Below the pieces are notes generated by a model. It worked only from the letters and a program-made list of their open reading frames with translations, had not been told where the DNA came from and made no database searches. A stretch of 34,806 nt of DNA from Patescibacteria group bacterium (GTDB lineage Bacteria > Patescibacteriota > Minisyncoccia > Phycocordibacterales > UBA1539), in contig BTQM01000003.1 of assembly GCA_036985875.1 (NCBI GenBank), positions 1 through 34,806 of the forward strand. The letters are read 5' to 3'. This document shows positions 1-8,897 of this stretch, in pieces; position 1 is the first letter of the stretch, and each line of letters starts with the position of its first letter. Both the position numbers and the translations under genes were made by a program.

Positions 1-953
1 TGTGGAACGCCTACGCCGGTTACTATTCTTGTCGTGCATGCCGCTCCCGGCCCGATGCCCACCTTAAGGCCGTCCGCGCCCGCTTTGATGAGGTCGCGCG
101 CTGCTTCGGGCGTTGCTATGTTTCCTGCGACAATTTCAATATTTTTTCCGAACACGGACCTGAGGCGCTTTATCGTTTTGATCGCCCTTACGTTATGTCC
201 ATGTGCTATGTCAACGACGATACAATCAGCTCCCGCCGCAAGGAGTTTCTCCGTCCGCTCCAGTGTATCTTCTTTCACCCCCACCGCTGCTCCCACAAGA
301 AGGTGGCCTTTTTTATCTTTTGCCGCGTTGGGATTATTGATGCGTTTCACAATGTCATGGAGAGTGATCAGCCCAGTGAGCGTGCCGTCTTTCGCGACAA
401 GCGGCAGCTTCTCAACGCGATGTTTATGGAGCATCTCCTGCGCCTTTTGGAGCGTTACGCCGTGAGCTGCTGTAATGACCTTTTTTGTCATTACTTCAGA
501 AACCTTCTTGCTGTCATCCTTTTTAAAAAGAAGATCGCGTGCTGTTAGGATCCCGACCAGAATATGCTTTTTCTTTCTCTCTTTTGTTACAAGAACGCTG
601 GAAACTCCCTCTTCGCTAGAGAGAGTTCGTGCGCGCCCTACCGTGTCGTCGGGGCATACCATGATAGGGTCCTCTATGATAACATTTTCCGCGCGCTTCA
701 CTTTTCGCACCTCTTCCACCTGCCTGTCAATGGAGAGAAATCGATGGATAATTCCTATCCCACCGGATCGTGCCATCACACGCGCCATCTGCGCTTCGGT
801 GACTGTATCCATGTTGGCGCTCACGAGCGGAATGTTGAGCGTAATGTGTTTTGAAAGCTTTGTTTTCGTGTGTACGTCTTTACGGGAGAATATCCGAGAT
901 TTTTTCGGAACAAGGAGTACATCGTCAAACGTAATGCCTTCGCGGAGTGTCAT
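1..953 (-). CDS. guaB: IMP dehydrogenase / GMP reductase family protein with CBS domains (3' end outside window)
   Basis: Not in the ORF track; my translation starts [16 protein letters not shown] at 953 and reaches [21 protein letters not shown] (catalytic Cys loop) at the window edge. Confidence 0.9.
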   Translation of the reverse strand, partial: MTLREGITFDDVLLVPKKSRIFSRKDVHTKTKLSKHITLNIPLVSANMDTVTEAQMARVMARSGGIGIIHRFLSIDRQVEEVRKVKRAENVIIEDPIMVCPDDTVGRARTLSSEEGVSSVLVTKERKKKHILVGILTARDLLFKKDDSKKVSEVMTKKVITAAHGVTLQKAQEMLHKHRVEKLPLVAKDGTLTGLITLHDIVKRINNPNAAKDKKGHLLVGAAVGVKEDTLERTEKLLAAGADCIVVDIAHGHNVRAIKTIKRLRSVFGKNIEIVAGNIATPEAARDLIKAGADGLKVGIGPGAACTTRIVTGVGVP

Positions 954-1021
954 ACGTTGACCAAGTATATCATTCTCTCAAACGCGGTGTCAACGAATGA
1001 GGAATAAACCACTAAATACCA

Positions 1022-1056
1022 CCAAACTATTAAACACCAAGTGTCTAATAGTTTGG
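1022..1056. repeat. Imperfect palindrome, 16-bp arms
   Basis: CCAAACTATTAAACAC-CAA-GTGTCTAATAGTTTGG, one mismatch, in the divergent intergenic region. Confidence 0.75.
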
Positions 1057-1109
1057 AAGGGACGTCGCCCCCATTTTATTTTCAGGGTATCATCATATAT
1101 AATAGAATT

Positions 1110-1553
1110 ATGAACCAGCGCGCCAAAAGCATTATCGTGTTCTCCGCCGCAGCATTTCTGCTCAATTTCCTTTGGGAGTCATGGCATGCGATCTATCTAT
1201 ACAAAGACTTCGGATCTGCCGCCTTTGATGTAAAAGAATATATTTCTCTTATCGGATACGTTTCTATTGTGGACATGCTCATTCTTCTTGGCATTGCCGC
1301 CCTCGGCGCGTTTTTGTGGAAACAATTCTTTTGGTTCAAGAAAATGAGCGCCGTAAAATATTGGTATGTAGTGCTCTCGGCCGCAGCTATAGCAGTGGCA
1401 ATAGAGATAAAAGGAGTGTATGTATTTCACCAATGGGCATACAGTGAGCTCATGCCTACGATTTTTGGCATAGGACTCTCCCCCCTGCTTCAACTTGCTG
1501 TTACAGGCCTCCTCGGCCTGTGGCTAGTACGCAATATATGTTTGCATGAGTAG
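1110..1553 (+). CDS. Hypothetical membrane protein (~4 TM)
   Basis: ORF 1041..1553; ATG at 1110 preferred over the GTG inside the palindrome; four hydrophobic segments, NFLWE and GLSPLLQ motifs. Confidence 0.75.
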   Translation: MNQRAKSIIVFSAAAFLLNFLWESWHAIYLYKDFGSAAFDVKEYISLIGYVSIVDMLILLGIAALGAFLWKQFFWFKKMSAVKYWYVVLSAAAIAVAIEIKGVYVFHQWAYSELMPTIFGIGLSPLLQLAVTGLLGLWLVRNICLHE

Positions 1554-1567
1554 GATACAGGTTCTTT

Positions 1568-1864
1568 CTACTCCTCTTCAGTTGAGGTTGCTGTTGTTAC
1601 AGTTTCCGAAGCCGGAGGTGTCAAGTTCAGTTTCTTGTCTATCACCGCGAAATTCTCAAGATCAAGCTTGAGCAGTTTTTCCTCCAATTGTTTTGTGTCT
1701 ACGAAAGAGCGGTTGACCTCATGGGAAAGGAAGCTCACGCCCTTTATGCCCAACAAGAGGATCGCCCCTATAAAGACAAATGAGATAAAAGGATAAAGTA
1801 GCGATCGCATGGATACTTTTTTGATACCTCCTATTTTTGTTAAAATTGTTTCTTTCCAGTTCAT
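1568..1864 (-). CDS. Small bitopic membrane protein in the PilP position of the pilMN-O operon
   Basis: ATG at 1864 (MNWKETIL), one TM, Thr-rich tail; co-oriented downstream of the PilO-like gene. Confidence 0.6.
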   Translation of the reverse strand: MNWKETILTKIGGIKKVSMRSLLYPFISFVFIGAILLLGIKGVSFLSHEVNRSFVDTKQLEEKLLKLDLENFAVIDKKLNLTPPASETVTTATSTEEE

Positions 1865-2007
1865 AATTTTATAAGCGAGGCATGTCTGCATATCTGCCCG
1901 CGCGCAACCCGCAGGCAAACGTAGGGTGAGGGAAGTGAAACATCCGCACTTCCAGAGTCCTAGAGCTAGTATATGTATAATACCACGATGCCCTGCATCG
2001 TAAATGG

Positions 2008-2031
2008 ATTATCGAGGTGATCCTCGATAAT
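2008..2031. repeat. Perfect hairpin/palindrome
   Basis: ATTATCGAGG-TGAT-CCTCGATAAT. Confidence 0.7.
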
Positions 2032-2062
2032 ATCTAGGAGCTTGCCTCTGAGTTCCTTTATA

Positions 2063-2602
2063 TTAACGAGCATAGAATTTCGCCGTAAGTGCAATGGAAG
2101 AAGATTCTTCCCACGAGCCCGAAGAAGGAGTCTGCACACTTAAAGACATTACCGCGGAAAAGTAGGGCAGGGCTTCGAGCGCTTGCAGGTATTCCAGAAA
2201 ATCTGATATGCTGGCTTCCACGTTTATGTTGTATGCGATCTCGTAAACATCTTCCACTGCAGGGACGGGACCGCTAAACCTGACCGATTGGCTAACAGGT
2301 TGTTCTTGCCCCAACCGCTCCAAAGCCTGCACGAATCCCAATATATTATCTACCGGAGGAAGAGCGTTGAGTATCATGTCCTCCCCTTTTCCCACCTGCG
2401 CAAACTCTCCTTGAAGGCGCGCAGTGGTCTCACTCCCTTTCTTTAATATGAAAGAGAGAGCTTCTTTTTCTACGAGCGAGTCGGAGATATTTGATATTTG
2501 ACCGGAAGAGAACACCACCACTGCCGCCCCCAAAATGATGACCAGAGTGGCCTTCAGAAGATGTCTGCCGATGATGAAGATAAGTTCTTTTTTGCTGAAC
2601 AT
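2063..2602 (-). CDS. pilO: PilO-like type IV pilus alignment protein
   Basis: N-terminal TM, coiled segment, LP..D.I..F...LE and FL.YL.ALE.LPYF pattern, follows pilMN. Confidence 0.7.
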   Translation of the reverse strand: MFSKKELIFIIGRHLLKATLVIILGAAVVVFSSGQISNISDSLVEKEALSFILKKGSETTARLQGEFAQVGKGEDMILNALPPVDNILGFVQALERLGQEQPVSQSVRFSGPVPAVEDVYEIAYNINVEASISDFLEYLQALEALPYFSAVMSLSVQTPSSGSWEESSSIALTAKFYAR

Positions 2603-2611
2603 GGATTTGTC

Positions 2612-2696
2612 GTGTAACGTGTAATCTATAACTTATAATGTAAAACTTGGAACGCAATTTTGTAATACAGTTGTTACATTGTTATGAGTTATCGGT
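2612..2696. repeat. Heptamer inverted array element (copy 1)
   Basis: GTGTAAC GTGTAAT CTATAAC TTATAAT GTAAAAC TTGGAAC ... GTTACATT GTTATGA GTTATCG between pilMN and pilO. Confidence 0.8.
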
Positions 2697-4106
2697 TTAT
2701 TCATAAAGCGCTCCGGGGTTTTTTAATGAAAAGGAAATATTGAATGGGATGTCCTCTCCCAACTCCAAGTTGGTCAAGGGAAGATCGATGTCGGCAAGCA
2801 GCGGGGAGTTTTCCAAAGATCTTTTATAGGCATTTAATGTTTCGCGGTCTGATGCTATGCCAGTTATGTTCATTCGCGCCTCCGGCGACGGAAGAGAAAG
2901 AGAAGAGATTGCGATTCCCACGGTCGCCTCTTTTCTCAATTCTAGGACCACGCCCTGCCAGCGGGGAAGGGTTTGAGCCAATACGACGCCTTTTCTTATA
3001 AGCTCGTTAAATTTCGCCGCTCTTTTTTTCAAATCGGATGACTCTGTAGGGATGGAAACGGCAGACAGGGACTCAAGTTCTCCCAATGATCGCTCTTGCA
3101 GCGACACCATGAAAAGCCATGTTCCCACAAAGATTATTACTATAAAAAACACTAGGGCTACGGCAAGATTACTCCAAAACTCGCTGAATGCGATCGCCCT
3201 CTGGTGCTCGTATGCCTCTTCCGTGCCCACCGGCATAAGACTTATTATGTCATCTTCAGAGCGGGGAAGAAGTCCCCTTGCCGCCGCGCCGAGTGCAATG
3301 ATCCATTTGGAAGGGTGGCGCGTGACAGAGCTATGGTGAGAAAATACCTCCACCGCCTGGAGCTTCTCGAACTCCTTGGTTTGAGGCAGGACCCCTTTTT
3401 CCACTTCGTAGAATTTAAGTATTTTACTGATTTCCCGCGGCAGGCGCTTGTCGGAAACGTATTTTTGCGGCAAAAAGCGCATGAACGCAAGCGACCTTCC
3501 TTCTGCGACGGAAAGTGTTGTACCGGAGGTGGTGGAGTGCTGTACGAGAGTGCGACCCCCCTCGGGGATCTCTGCTACACGGAGAAAGCTCAAGGAATGG
3601 AATTCCACCGCTACTGTTTTTATGTTTACCTGACGCATGGCTTCCAGATATGCGTTTATCACCTCTTTCGGGGCGGCCGCGAGCGCAATCTCATTTTTCT
3701 CTTCCGCGGACATCTTTTCCCAGTCAAGGTATACGGTGTCCGGGTCTATGGGCAATTGAAATCCAACCGTTAGCTGCATGGTCTCTTCCAGTTTCTTGTC
3801 TCCGAGCGTCTTTGGAAAGGAGTAGGTGTGGAAGTAGATGGTATCCGAGGGGAGCGAGATTATGATGTATCGCAGAGCGCCAGTTTTCGCTAAAAGCTCT
3901 TTTAGCGAGATTACCAGCTTTGTAATGTCTTTAACACGTCCTTCTTGTATGACACCGGCGGGCAGGGAAATTTCTTCAAGCGCTTTTATTTTGACGGAGA
4001 AGTTTTTTTTGTCTTCCAACTTCAAAAAAGCAAGTCGTACATGCGTTTCGCTGATCTCCAGCCCGCCAATGGGCTCATCTTTGGTAAAAAGACTTAACAG
4101 ATTCAT
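2697..4106 (-). CDS. pilM: PilM-PilN fusion protein
   Basis: N-terminal GLEISETHVRL, LPAGVIQEGRV and YLDW PilM-like motifs; then ISLMP (PilN INLLP-like), TM and PilN-like domain (ITGIASDR..L..Y...LE.SP). Confidence 0.8.
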   Translation of the reverse strand: MNLLSLFTKDEPIGGLEISETHVRLAFLKLEDKKNFSVKIKALEEISLPAGVIQEGRVKDITKLVISLKELLAKTGALRYIIISLPSDTIYFHTYSFPKTLGDKKLEETMQLTVGFQLPIDPDTVYLDWEKMSAEEKNEIALAAAPKEVINAYLEAMRQVNIKTVAVEFHSLSFLRVAEIPEGGRTLVQHSTTSGTTLSVAEGRSLAFMRFLPQKYVSDKRLPREISKILKFYEVEKGVLPQTKEFEKLQAVEVFSHHSSVTRHPSKWIIALGAAARGLLPRSEDDIISLMPVGTEEAYEHQRAIAFSEFWSNLAVALVFFIVIIFVGTWLFMVSLQERSLGELESLSAVSIPTESSDLKKRAAKFNELIRKGVVLAQTLPRWQGVVLELRKEATVGIAISSLSLPSPEARMNITGIASDRETLNAYKRSLENSPLLADIDLPLTNLELGEDIPFNISFSLKNPGALYE

Positions 4107-4146
4107 TGTCCTTATTATATTACAGTTATAGCATATTGAAAAACCT

Positions 4147-4186
4147 CCCCAGTATCACAAATCTTGCAGATTTGTGATACCCCAGT
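4147..4186. repeat. Perfect 13-bp hairpin bracketed by CCCCAGT direct repeats
   Basis: GTATCACAAATCT-TGC-AGATTTGTGATAC at 4152-4180; CCCCAGT at 4147 and 4180. Confidence 0.7.
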
Positions 4187-4356
4187 CGGAAAGTAAATTT
4201 TCAACGGGGCATGGTTGGGCGAATATGCAGACAGGTCGCCAATAAAAGCAGTTCACCTCGCACTAATTCCTCGGCTTGGCAATCTGAAAAAATCCACCTC
4301 GTTTCGTTTTTCAGATCGCTCTCGCTCTACGTCGTTAATAACGTATAATAAACAAC

Positions 4357-6777
4357 ATGAGGTTGCGTGGGAAATTCACGTTGTTCATATTGATCCTTTT
4401 CACGACGATTATTGTCGTGCCTATTTATTTTTTCAATCAAGAGAAACAGCAATCCATCGATAATATCTTTGAGGCAGAAATGGAAGAAGTGAATTTTTTC
4501 AGCGAGAACATAGAACACCAACTTTCCCTTTATGCTGCCGATATTATCGTAATAGAAAACTTGCCGCCCGTTCAGGGGATCGTGAGGGCGCGCGAGGCGC
4601 CTGACAATATTGATCCTCTTGACGGCACCCCTTTGGAGCTTTGGAAACGCCGCCTTGAGCAGATCTTTGAAGGGTATTCCCTCTCCCGCTCGTTTTATCT
4701 CCAGATCCGGTATTTGGACGAGAAAGGGAAAGAGCTCGTGCGCGTTAATTCTACGCCGGAAGGGCCTTATATCGTGCCTCCGGAGGAACTTCAGGACAAA
4801 TCAGCACGCGGTTATTTCCGGGAAGCACTCAATATTCCACGAGGGCAAACCTATATTTCAGAATTGGATTTGAATATTGAACATGGTGAAATAGAAATTC
4901 CTTTTAAGCCGGTGATACGTTTTGCGAGGGTGGTGTATGGCGCGGAAGGCGAGGCGCGCGGAATGGTAATAATCAATGTTGCCGCAGACAATGTTTTTGG
5001 GTTCATCGAGACCCTTTCTCTTGGAGACGAGGAGGAGGATTTGTTTTTAATAGACCAAGACGGATATTTCCTGGTGTATCCGTCTAAACCGGAACTGGAG
5101 TTCAGCAGATTCGGCACCGAAGAAAGATCCCAACATTACCTTGAGCACCGAGAGCACATTTTAGCGGAGACCTTAACATCCCACCGGATTTCGGCGCATG
5201 ACCATACGGGCGAGAAAATTTTTGTCCATCGGGTTATTCGTTATAACCCCACTCGTCCCGAGCGCTTTTTTATTCTCGTTGAAGAGCTGGAGACGCGTGC
5301 GTTTCTGGCGCCGACTCAAAATCGTTTTCGGCAAAATCTTCTCTTCTTGCTTGCTATATTCACCGGCGCATTTTTTGCGTTCTATTTTGTTTCTATGACT
5401 CCACTGAGGGCAAGGATTTTGCGGAATCTGAAAGTAATAGAAAGAATCAAGAAGGGAGATTTTGAGGTGCGGATAAATGCAAAAGGAAGCGATGAGGTGG
5501 AAGAAATGGCGCGTGGCATTGATGAAATGGCGGAGAAACTTGAAGATTCGCAGCGTGAATTAACGGGGGCGAATCTTGTTCTTGACGCTCAATTAAAAGA
5601 GGCGGTTGAGAGAGGCAATATCCTTGAAGAAACGGGAGAAGCGATGCTGAACATTCTTGAAGACGCTCGCCTGTTTGAAAAGGATCTCAAAGAGGAGCGT
5701 GATCTGGTGGGGGCGATCATCTCTTCAATGGCGGAAGGTCTTTTGCTGGTTGATACAGGATACAGGATCATGCTCATGAACCCCGTGGCACAGCGGCTTT
5801 TGGGCGTTGGGGAGAAAAAGATAATTGGCAAGGACGTGTGGAGCGCGATCCAGATTTTCAAGGGTGACAAGAAGCTCTCACCGGAGGATTTGCCTATCGC
5901 CAAAATATTCGCGGAAGGTAAACCGGTAAAAATCGGTCTGGAAGAAAACATCTTTTTTGAAACTCCCTCGGGAAAAAGATTTCCAGCGGAGGTGCTTATG
6001 GCTCCGCTGTTGCGAAGAGGTGTTACTGCGATGGTGGTGATATTTCGCGATATCACCGAAAGTAAGGCGTTGGATGAATCAAAATCAAGTTTTATCTCAA
6101 CCGCCTCTCATCAGCTCCGTACCCCACTGGGTGTTATACGCTGGTACTCGGAGATGCTCTCAGATGAAGATGTCGGCCACTTGAACAAGAACCAGAAAGA
6201 TTTTGCTGAAAGAATACATCGTGCAACGATCCGAATGATCGAAACTATCAAACTCCTCCTGATGATGGCTAGAATGGAGAGCGGGGTAGAGGGGGAAGTA
6301 AAAAAAGAAACAGATGTCGCGAAGTTTACAAAGGAGATACTTGCGGGGCTTGAAGTGGAGGCATCCAAAAAATCTTTAACAATGAATTTTCACGCTGCAT
6401 CCGATCTGCCCAAGGCGGACATAGATAATTCTATGCTAGATCAGGCGATAACAAATCTCGTATCAAATTCCATTCATTATACTGACATCGGCGGCGTGAT
6501 CAACATTGATATATCCGTGTCCGATCCCGCGACACTTTTATTCAAGGTGGAAGATAACGGGATCGGTATTCCTCTCAATGCTCGCGAGAAACTGTTCCAA
6601 AAGTTTTTCCGGGCGGAGAATGCCGCTATAAAAATCCCGGATGGTTCGGGGTTGGGGCTTGCGGTGGTAAAATCCTTGGTTCTACATTGGGGAGGAAAGG
6701 TGTGGTTTGAGTCAAAAGAGAAGGAGGGAACCACATTCTATTTCACTATACCAATTGCACGCATTAACCGCGACTAA
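4357..6777 (+). CDS. Sensor histidine kinase (TM-Cache-like-TM-HAMP-PAS-HisKA-HATPase)
   Basis: Two TMs flanking ~290-aa extracellular domain, HAMP (DEVEEMA), PAS (SMAEGLLLVD...MNPVA), H-box SHQLRTPL, N-box NLVSNS, DNGIGI, GSGLGL. Confidence 0.93.
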   Translation: MRLRGKFTLFILILFTTIIVVPIYFFNQEKQQSIDNIFEAEMEEVNFFSENIEHQLSLYAADIIVIENLPPVQGIVRAREAPDNIDPLDGTPLELWKRRLEQIFEGYSLSRSFYLQIRYLDEKGKELVRVNSTPEGPYIVPPEELQDKSARGYFREALNIPRGQTYISELDLNIEHGEIEIPFKPVIRFARVVYGAEGEARGMVIINVAADNVFGFIETLSLGDEEEDLFLIDQDGYFLVYPSKPELEFSRFGTEERSQHYLEHREHILAETLTSHRISAHDHTGEKIFVHRVIRYNPTRPERFFILVEELETRAFLAPTQNRFRQNLLFLLAIFTGAFFAFYFVSMTPLRARILRNLKVIERIKKGDFEVRINAKGSDEVEEMARGIDEMAEKLEDSQRELTGANLVLDAQLKEAVERGNILEETGEAMLNILEDARLFEKDLKEERDLVGAIISSMAEGLLLVDTGYRIMLMNPVAQRLLGVGEKKIIGKDVWSAIQIFKGDKKLSPEDLPIAKIFAEGKPVKIGLEENIFFETPSGKRFPAEVLMAPLLRRGVTAMVVIFRDITESKALDESKSSFISTASHQLRTPLGVIRWYSEMLSDEDVGHLNKNQKDFAERIHRATIRMIETIKLLLMMARMESGVEGEVKKETDVAKFTKEILAGLEVEASKKSLTMNFHAASDLPKADIDNSMLDQAITNLVSNSIHYTDIGGVINIDISVSDPATLLFKVEDNGIGIPLNAREKLFQKFFRAENAAIKIPDGSGLGLAVVKSLVLHWGGKVWFESKEKEGTTFYFTIPIARINRD

Positions 6778-6825
6778 ATTACTGGTGTGTTGCGCACCAT
6801 GCCCCCATAAGGGTAGAATCTAAAT

Positions 6826-7224
6826 ATGAGTAAAGTTGCCAAAAAAGTACTTATCGTTGAAGACGATGAGAGCATCTCTCGCATCTACGATATTAAACTG
6901 AAAAAAGAGGGCGTGGAGACGCTCATTGTTGCCGATGGGGAAGTAGTGCTTGAAAAACTCCCAGAGTTCAAGCCCGACCTTATTCTGCTTGACCTCATGC
7001 TTCCCAAAAGAGATGGCTTTTGGGTTCTTGAACACATAAGAAAAAGTCCCGACTTTAAAGAGACGCCGGTGGTGGTGCTCTCCAACTTGGGGCAGGAGAG
7101 CGACAAAGAAAAGGCGGAAGCATTGGGTGTGGAAGATTATCTAGTGAAAGCCAATATTTCTATTCGCGAGGCGACAAGGAGGATAATGGGATATTTGAAT
7201 CATTCGGCTGCCAGCGGTAAATAG
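6826..7224 (+). CDS. Single-domain response regulator (receiver only)
   Basis: VLIVEDD, LILLDLMLP, VVVLSN, DYLVK; no output domain. Confidence 0.93.
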   Translation: MSKVAKKVLIVEDDESISRIYDIKLKKEGVETLIVADGEVVLEKLPEFKPDLILLDLMLPKRDGFWVLEHIRKSPDFKETPVVVLSNLGQESDKEKAEALGVEDYLVKANISIREATRRIMGYLNHSAASGK

Positions 7225-7247
7225 CGGGCAAGTCTGGACTTGCCCGC
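7224..7247 (+). terminator. GC-rich hairpin directly after receiver gene
   Basis: GCGGGCAAGTC-TG-GACTTGCCCGC; no U-tract, so function uncertain. Confidence 0.45.
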
Positions 7248-7256
7248 CGCGGGAAC

Positions 7257-7265
7257 TTATCCACA
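7257..7265 (+). promoter_or_regulatory. Consensus DnaA box upstream of major pilin
   Basis: TTATCCACA exact match. Confidence 0.55.
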
Positions 7266-7293
7266 GGCGGTCTCTGTCAAATAAAGTCGTGGT

Positions 7294-7302
7294 TGATATA
7301 AT
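7294..7302 (+). promoter_or_regulatory. Extended -10 element for pilin 1
   Basis: TGATATAAT (TGnTATAAT) 64 nt before the ATG. Confidence 0.55.
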
Positions 7303-7365
7303 AGGTTACGGTGGGAGGGTTTTATTGTTTGTTGGCTTGCTAAAAAATTTAAAATTTTAAAAACT

Positions 7366-8073
7366 ATGTTCATAGGACAAAACAAGAAAAAAGGATTCAC
7401 ATTACTAGAGCTTTTGATCGTTATCTCTATCATCGCCATTTTGGCGGTAATAGTCATTTTGGTATTAAATCCAGGCGAGACGCTCAAAAAAGCTCGGGAT
7501 GTGCAGAGAATGTCGGACATGGCGACTATGAAAACTGCTATCGCGCTTATTTTGACCTCAAGTACAACGCCGTATCTTTCAAGTGGAAACTATGACTGTT
7601 TGACGACAGGCACCAGTACAGCGAAGATCTGGTACAGTTCTGAGGTTGCTTCCCCGACATGTACTGCTGATTTACCGGAGGGTGCGGATGCGGATGGAAC
7701 ATATGCGACGACGGGCGCCGGTTGGTGTAGTGCGGGAGGTACTTCGGGCGCAAGTGATACTGACGGAACGGGATGGATACCGATCAAACTATCATGGCTT
7801 CCTGGCGGCTCGCCACTCTCCAATTTGCCACTTGATCCGATAAATGACATCATTGACAGTATTCCGAGCAGTACCGATAAAGTATATCGTTATACATGCC
7901 AGACGACCGCTGGCTCAGGTAAGCCAAGCACTGTATTTGAGATCAATACAATTTTAGAAAGTGAAGCGTTTACTGTCACTGATAATAAAATGACCAAGGA
8001 CGGGGGCGACAACGACAACTATTACGAAGTAGGTACCAATCTGAAACTTTTACCTACGGATACACAGTTTTAA
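7366..8073 (+). CDS. Type IV major pilin candidate 1
   Basis: Class III signal KKG|FTLLELLIVISIIAILA, then ARDVQRMSD helix. Confidence 0.92.
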   Translation: MFIGQNKKKGFTLLELLIVISIIAILAVIVILVLNPGETLKKARDVQRMSDMATMKTAIALILTSSTTPYLSSGNYDCLTTGTSTAKIWYSSEVASPTCTADLPEGADADGTYATTGAGWCSAGGTSGASDTDGTGWIPIKLSWLPGGSPLSNLPLDPINDIIDSIPSSTDKVYRYTCQTTAGSGKPSTVFEINTILESEAFTVTDNKMTKDGGDNDNYYEVGTNLKLLPTDTQF

Positions 8074-8078
8074 ACATC

Positions 8079-8182
8079 GTGTAACTCACACCTTGTAACG
8101 CGTAACCCGAAACTTGCAACACAAAATCCGCCGTAGGCGGATTTTGTGTTGCAAGTTATGAGGTATTGGTTATATGGTATAA
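8079..8182. repeat. Heptamer inverted array element (copy 2) with perfect 22-bp stem
   Basis: GTGTAAC TCACACC TTGTAAC GCGTAAC CCGAAAC TTGCAAC; stem 8111-8132/8136-8157; GTTGCAA GTTATGA GGTATTG GTTATAT GGTATAA. Confidence 0.85.
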
Positions 8183-8196
8183 TATCAACTGTGTTT

Positions 8197-8868
8197 ATGG
8201 TGGAAACTAACGAGAAAAAAGGATTCACACTACTAGAGCTTTTGATCGTGATCTCTATCATCGCCATTTTGGCGGTCATCATCATTTTGATATTAAATCC
8301 CGCTGAAACCTTGAGAAAAGCTCGGGACGTGCAAAGGATGTCTGACATGGCGACTATGAAAATCGCTATCGGGATCATCGTGACGGCGAGCTCAACACCA
8401 TGGCTTAGCGGTACGTCGGGAAACTCACTCTGTTATGGCGGAAGCGGCACGGACTCCATTTGGTACAGTCTTTCAAGTACCGATGGCGTCATTATAGACA
8501 CAACACTAGATGGTGGAACCGGCAGTATTCCTAACTCTGTGCAAGTTACCTCTACAAATCTCAATTTAACCGATGGAAACGGCTGGATACCGGTCAATTT
8601 CGGGTGGCTTCCGGGAAGGTCTCCCATCTCCAACCTTCCTGTTGATCCGATAAACACGATCGGTACTTTGAGTTCCGTGGACAACTACGATCTCGTGTAT
8701 CGCTACGTCTGCAACAGCACAGATACGACATTTGAGATCGATGCGGTATTAGAAAGTATTTCGTTTACATCTAACGACAACAAGATGGCAACTGATGGAG
8801 GAGATAATAGTAATTATTATGAAGTGGGTACGGCGTTGGACATACTGGGAACAGGCGTAAATTTCTAA
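8197..8868 (+). CDS. Type IV major pilin candidate 2 (paralog of pilin 1)
   Basis: ATG at 8197 (MVETNEKKG|FTLLE); N-terminus nearly identical to pilin 1. Confidence 0.92.
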   Translation: MVETNEKKGFTLLELLIVISIIAILAVIIILILNPAETLRKARDVQRMSDMATMKIAIGIIVTASSTPWLSGTSGNSLCYGGSGTDSIWYSLSSTDGVIIDTTLDGGTGSIPNSVQVTSTNLNLTDGNGWIPVNFGWLPGRSPISNLPVDPINTIGTLSSVDNYDLVYRYVCNSTDTTFEIDAVLESISFTSNDNKMATDGGDNSNYYEVGTALDILGTGVNF

Positions 8869-8897
8869 GGCGTATTGAATTTTTTTACGATGACAAT

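Noticed and set aside
34-960. Plus-strand ORFs 34..465, 195..548, 475..960, 564..854
   Set aside because: Antisense shadows of the minus-strand guaB-family gene
7257-7360. Replication origin
   Set aside because: Only one DnaA box and no dnaA/dnaN nearby
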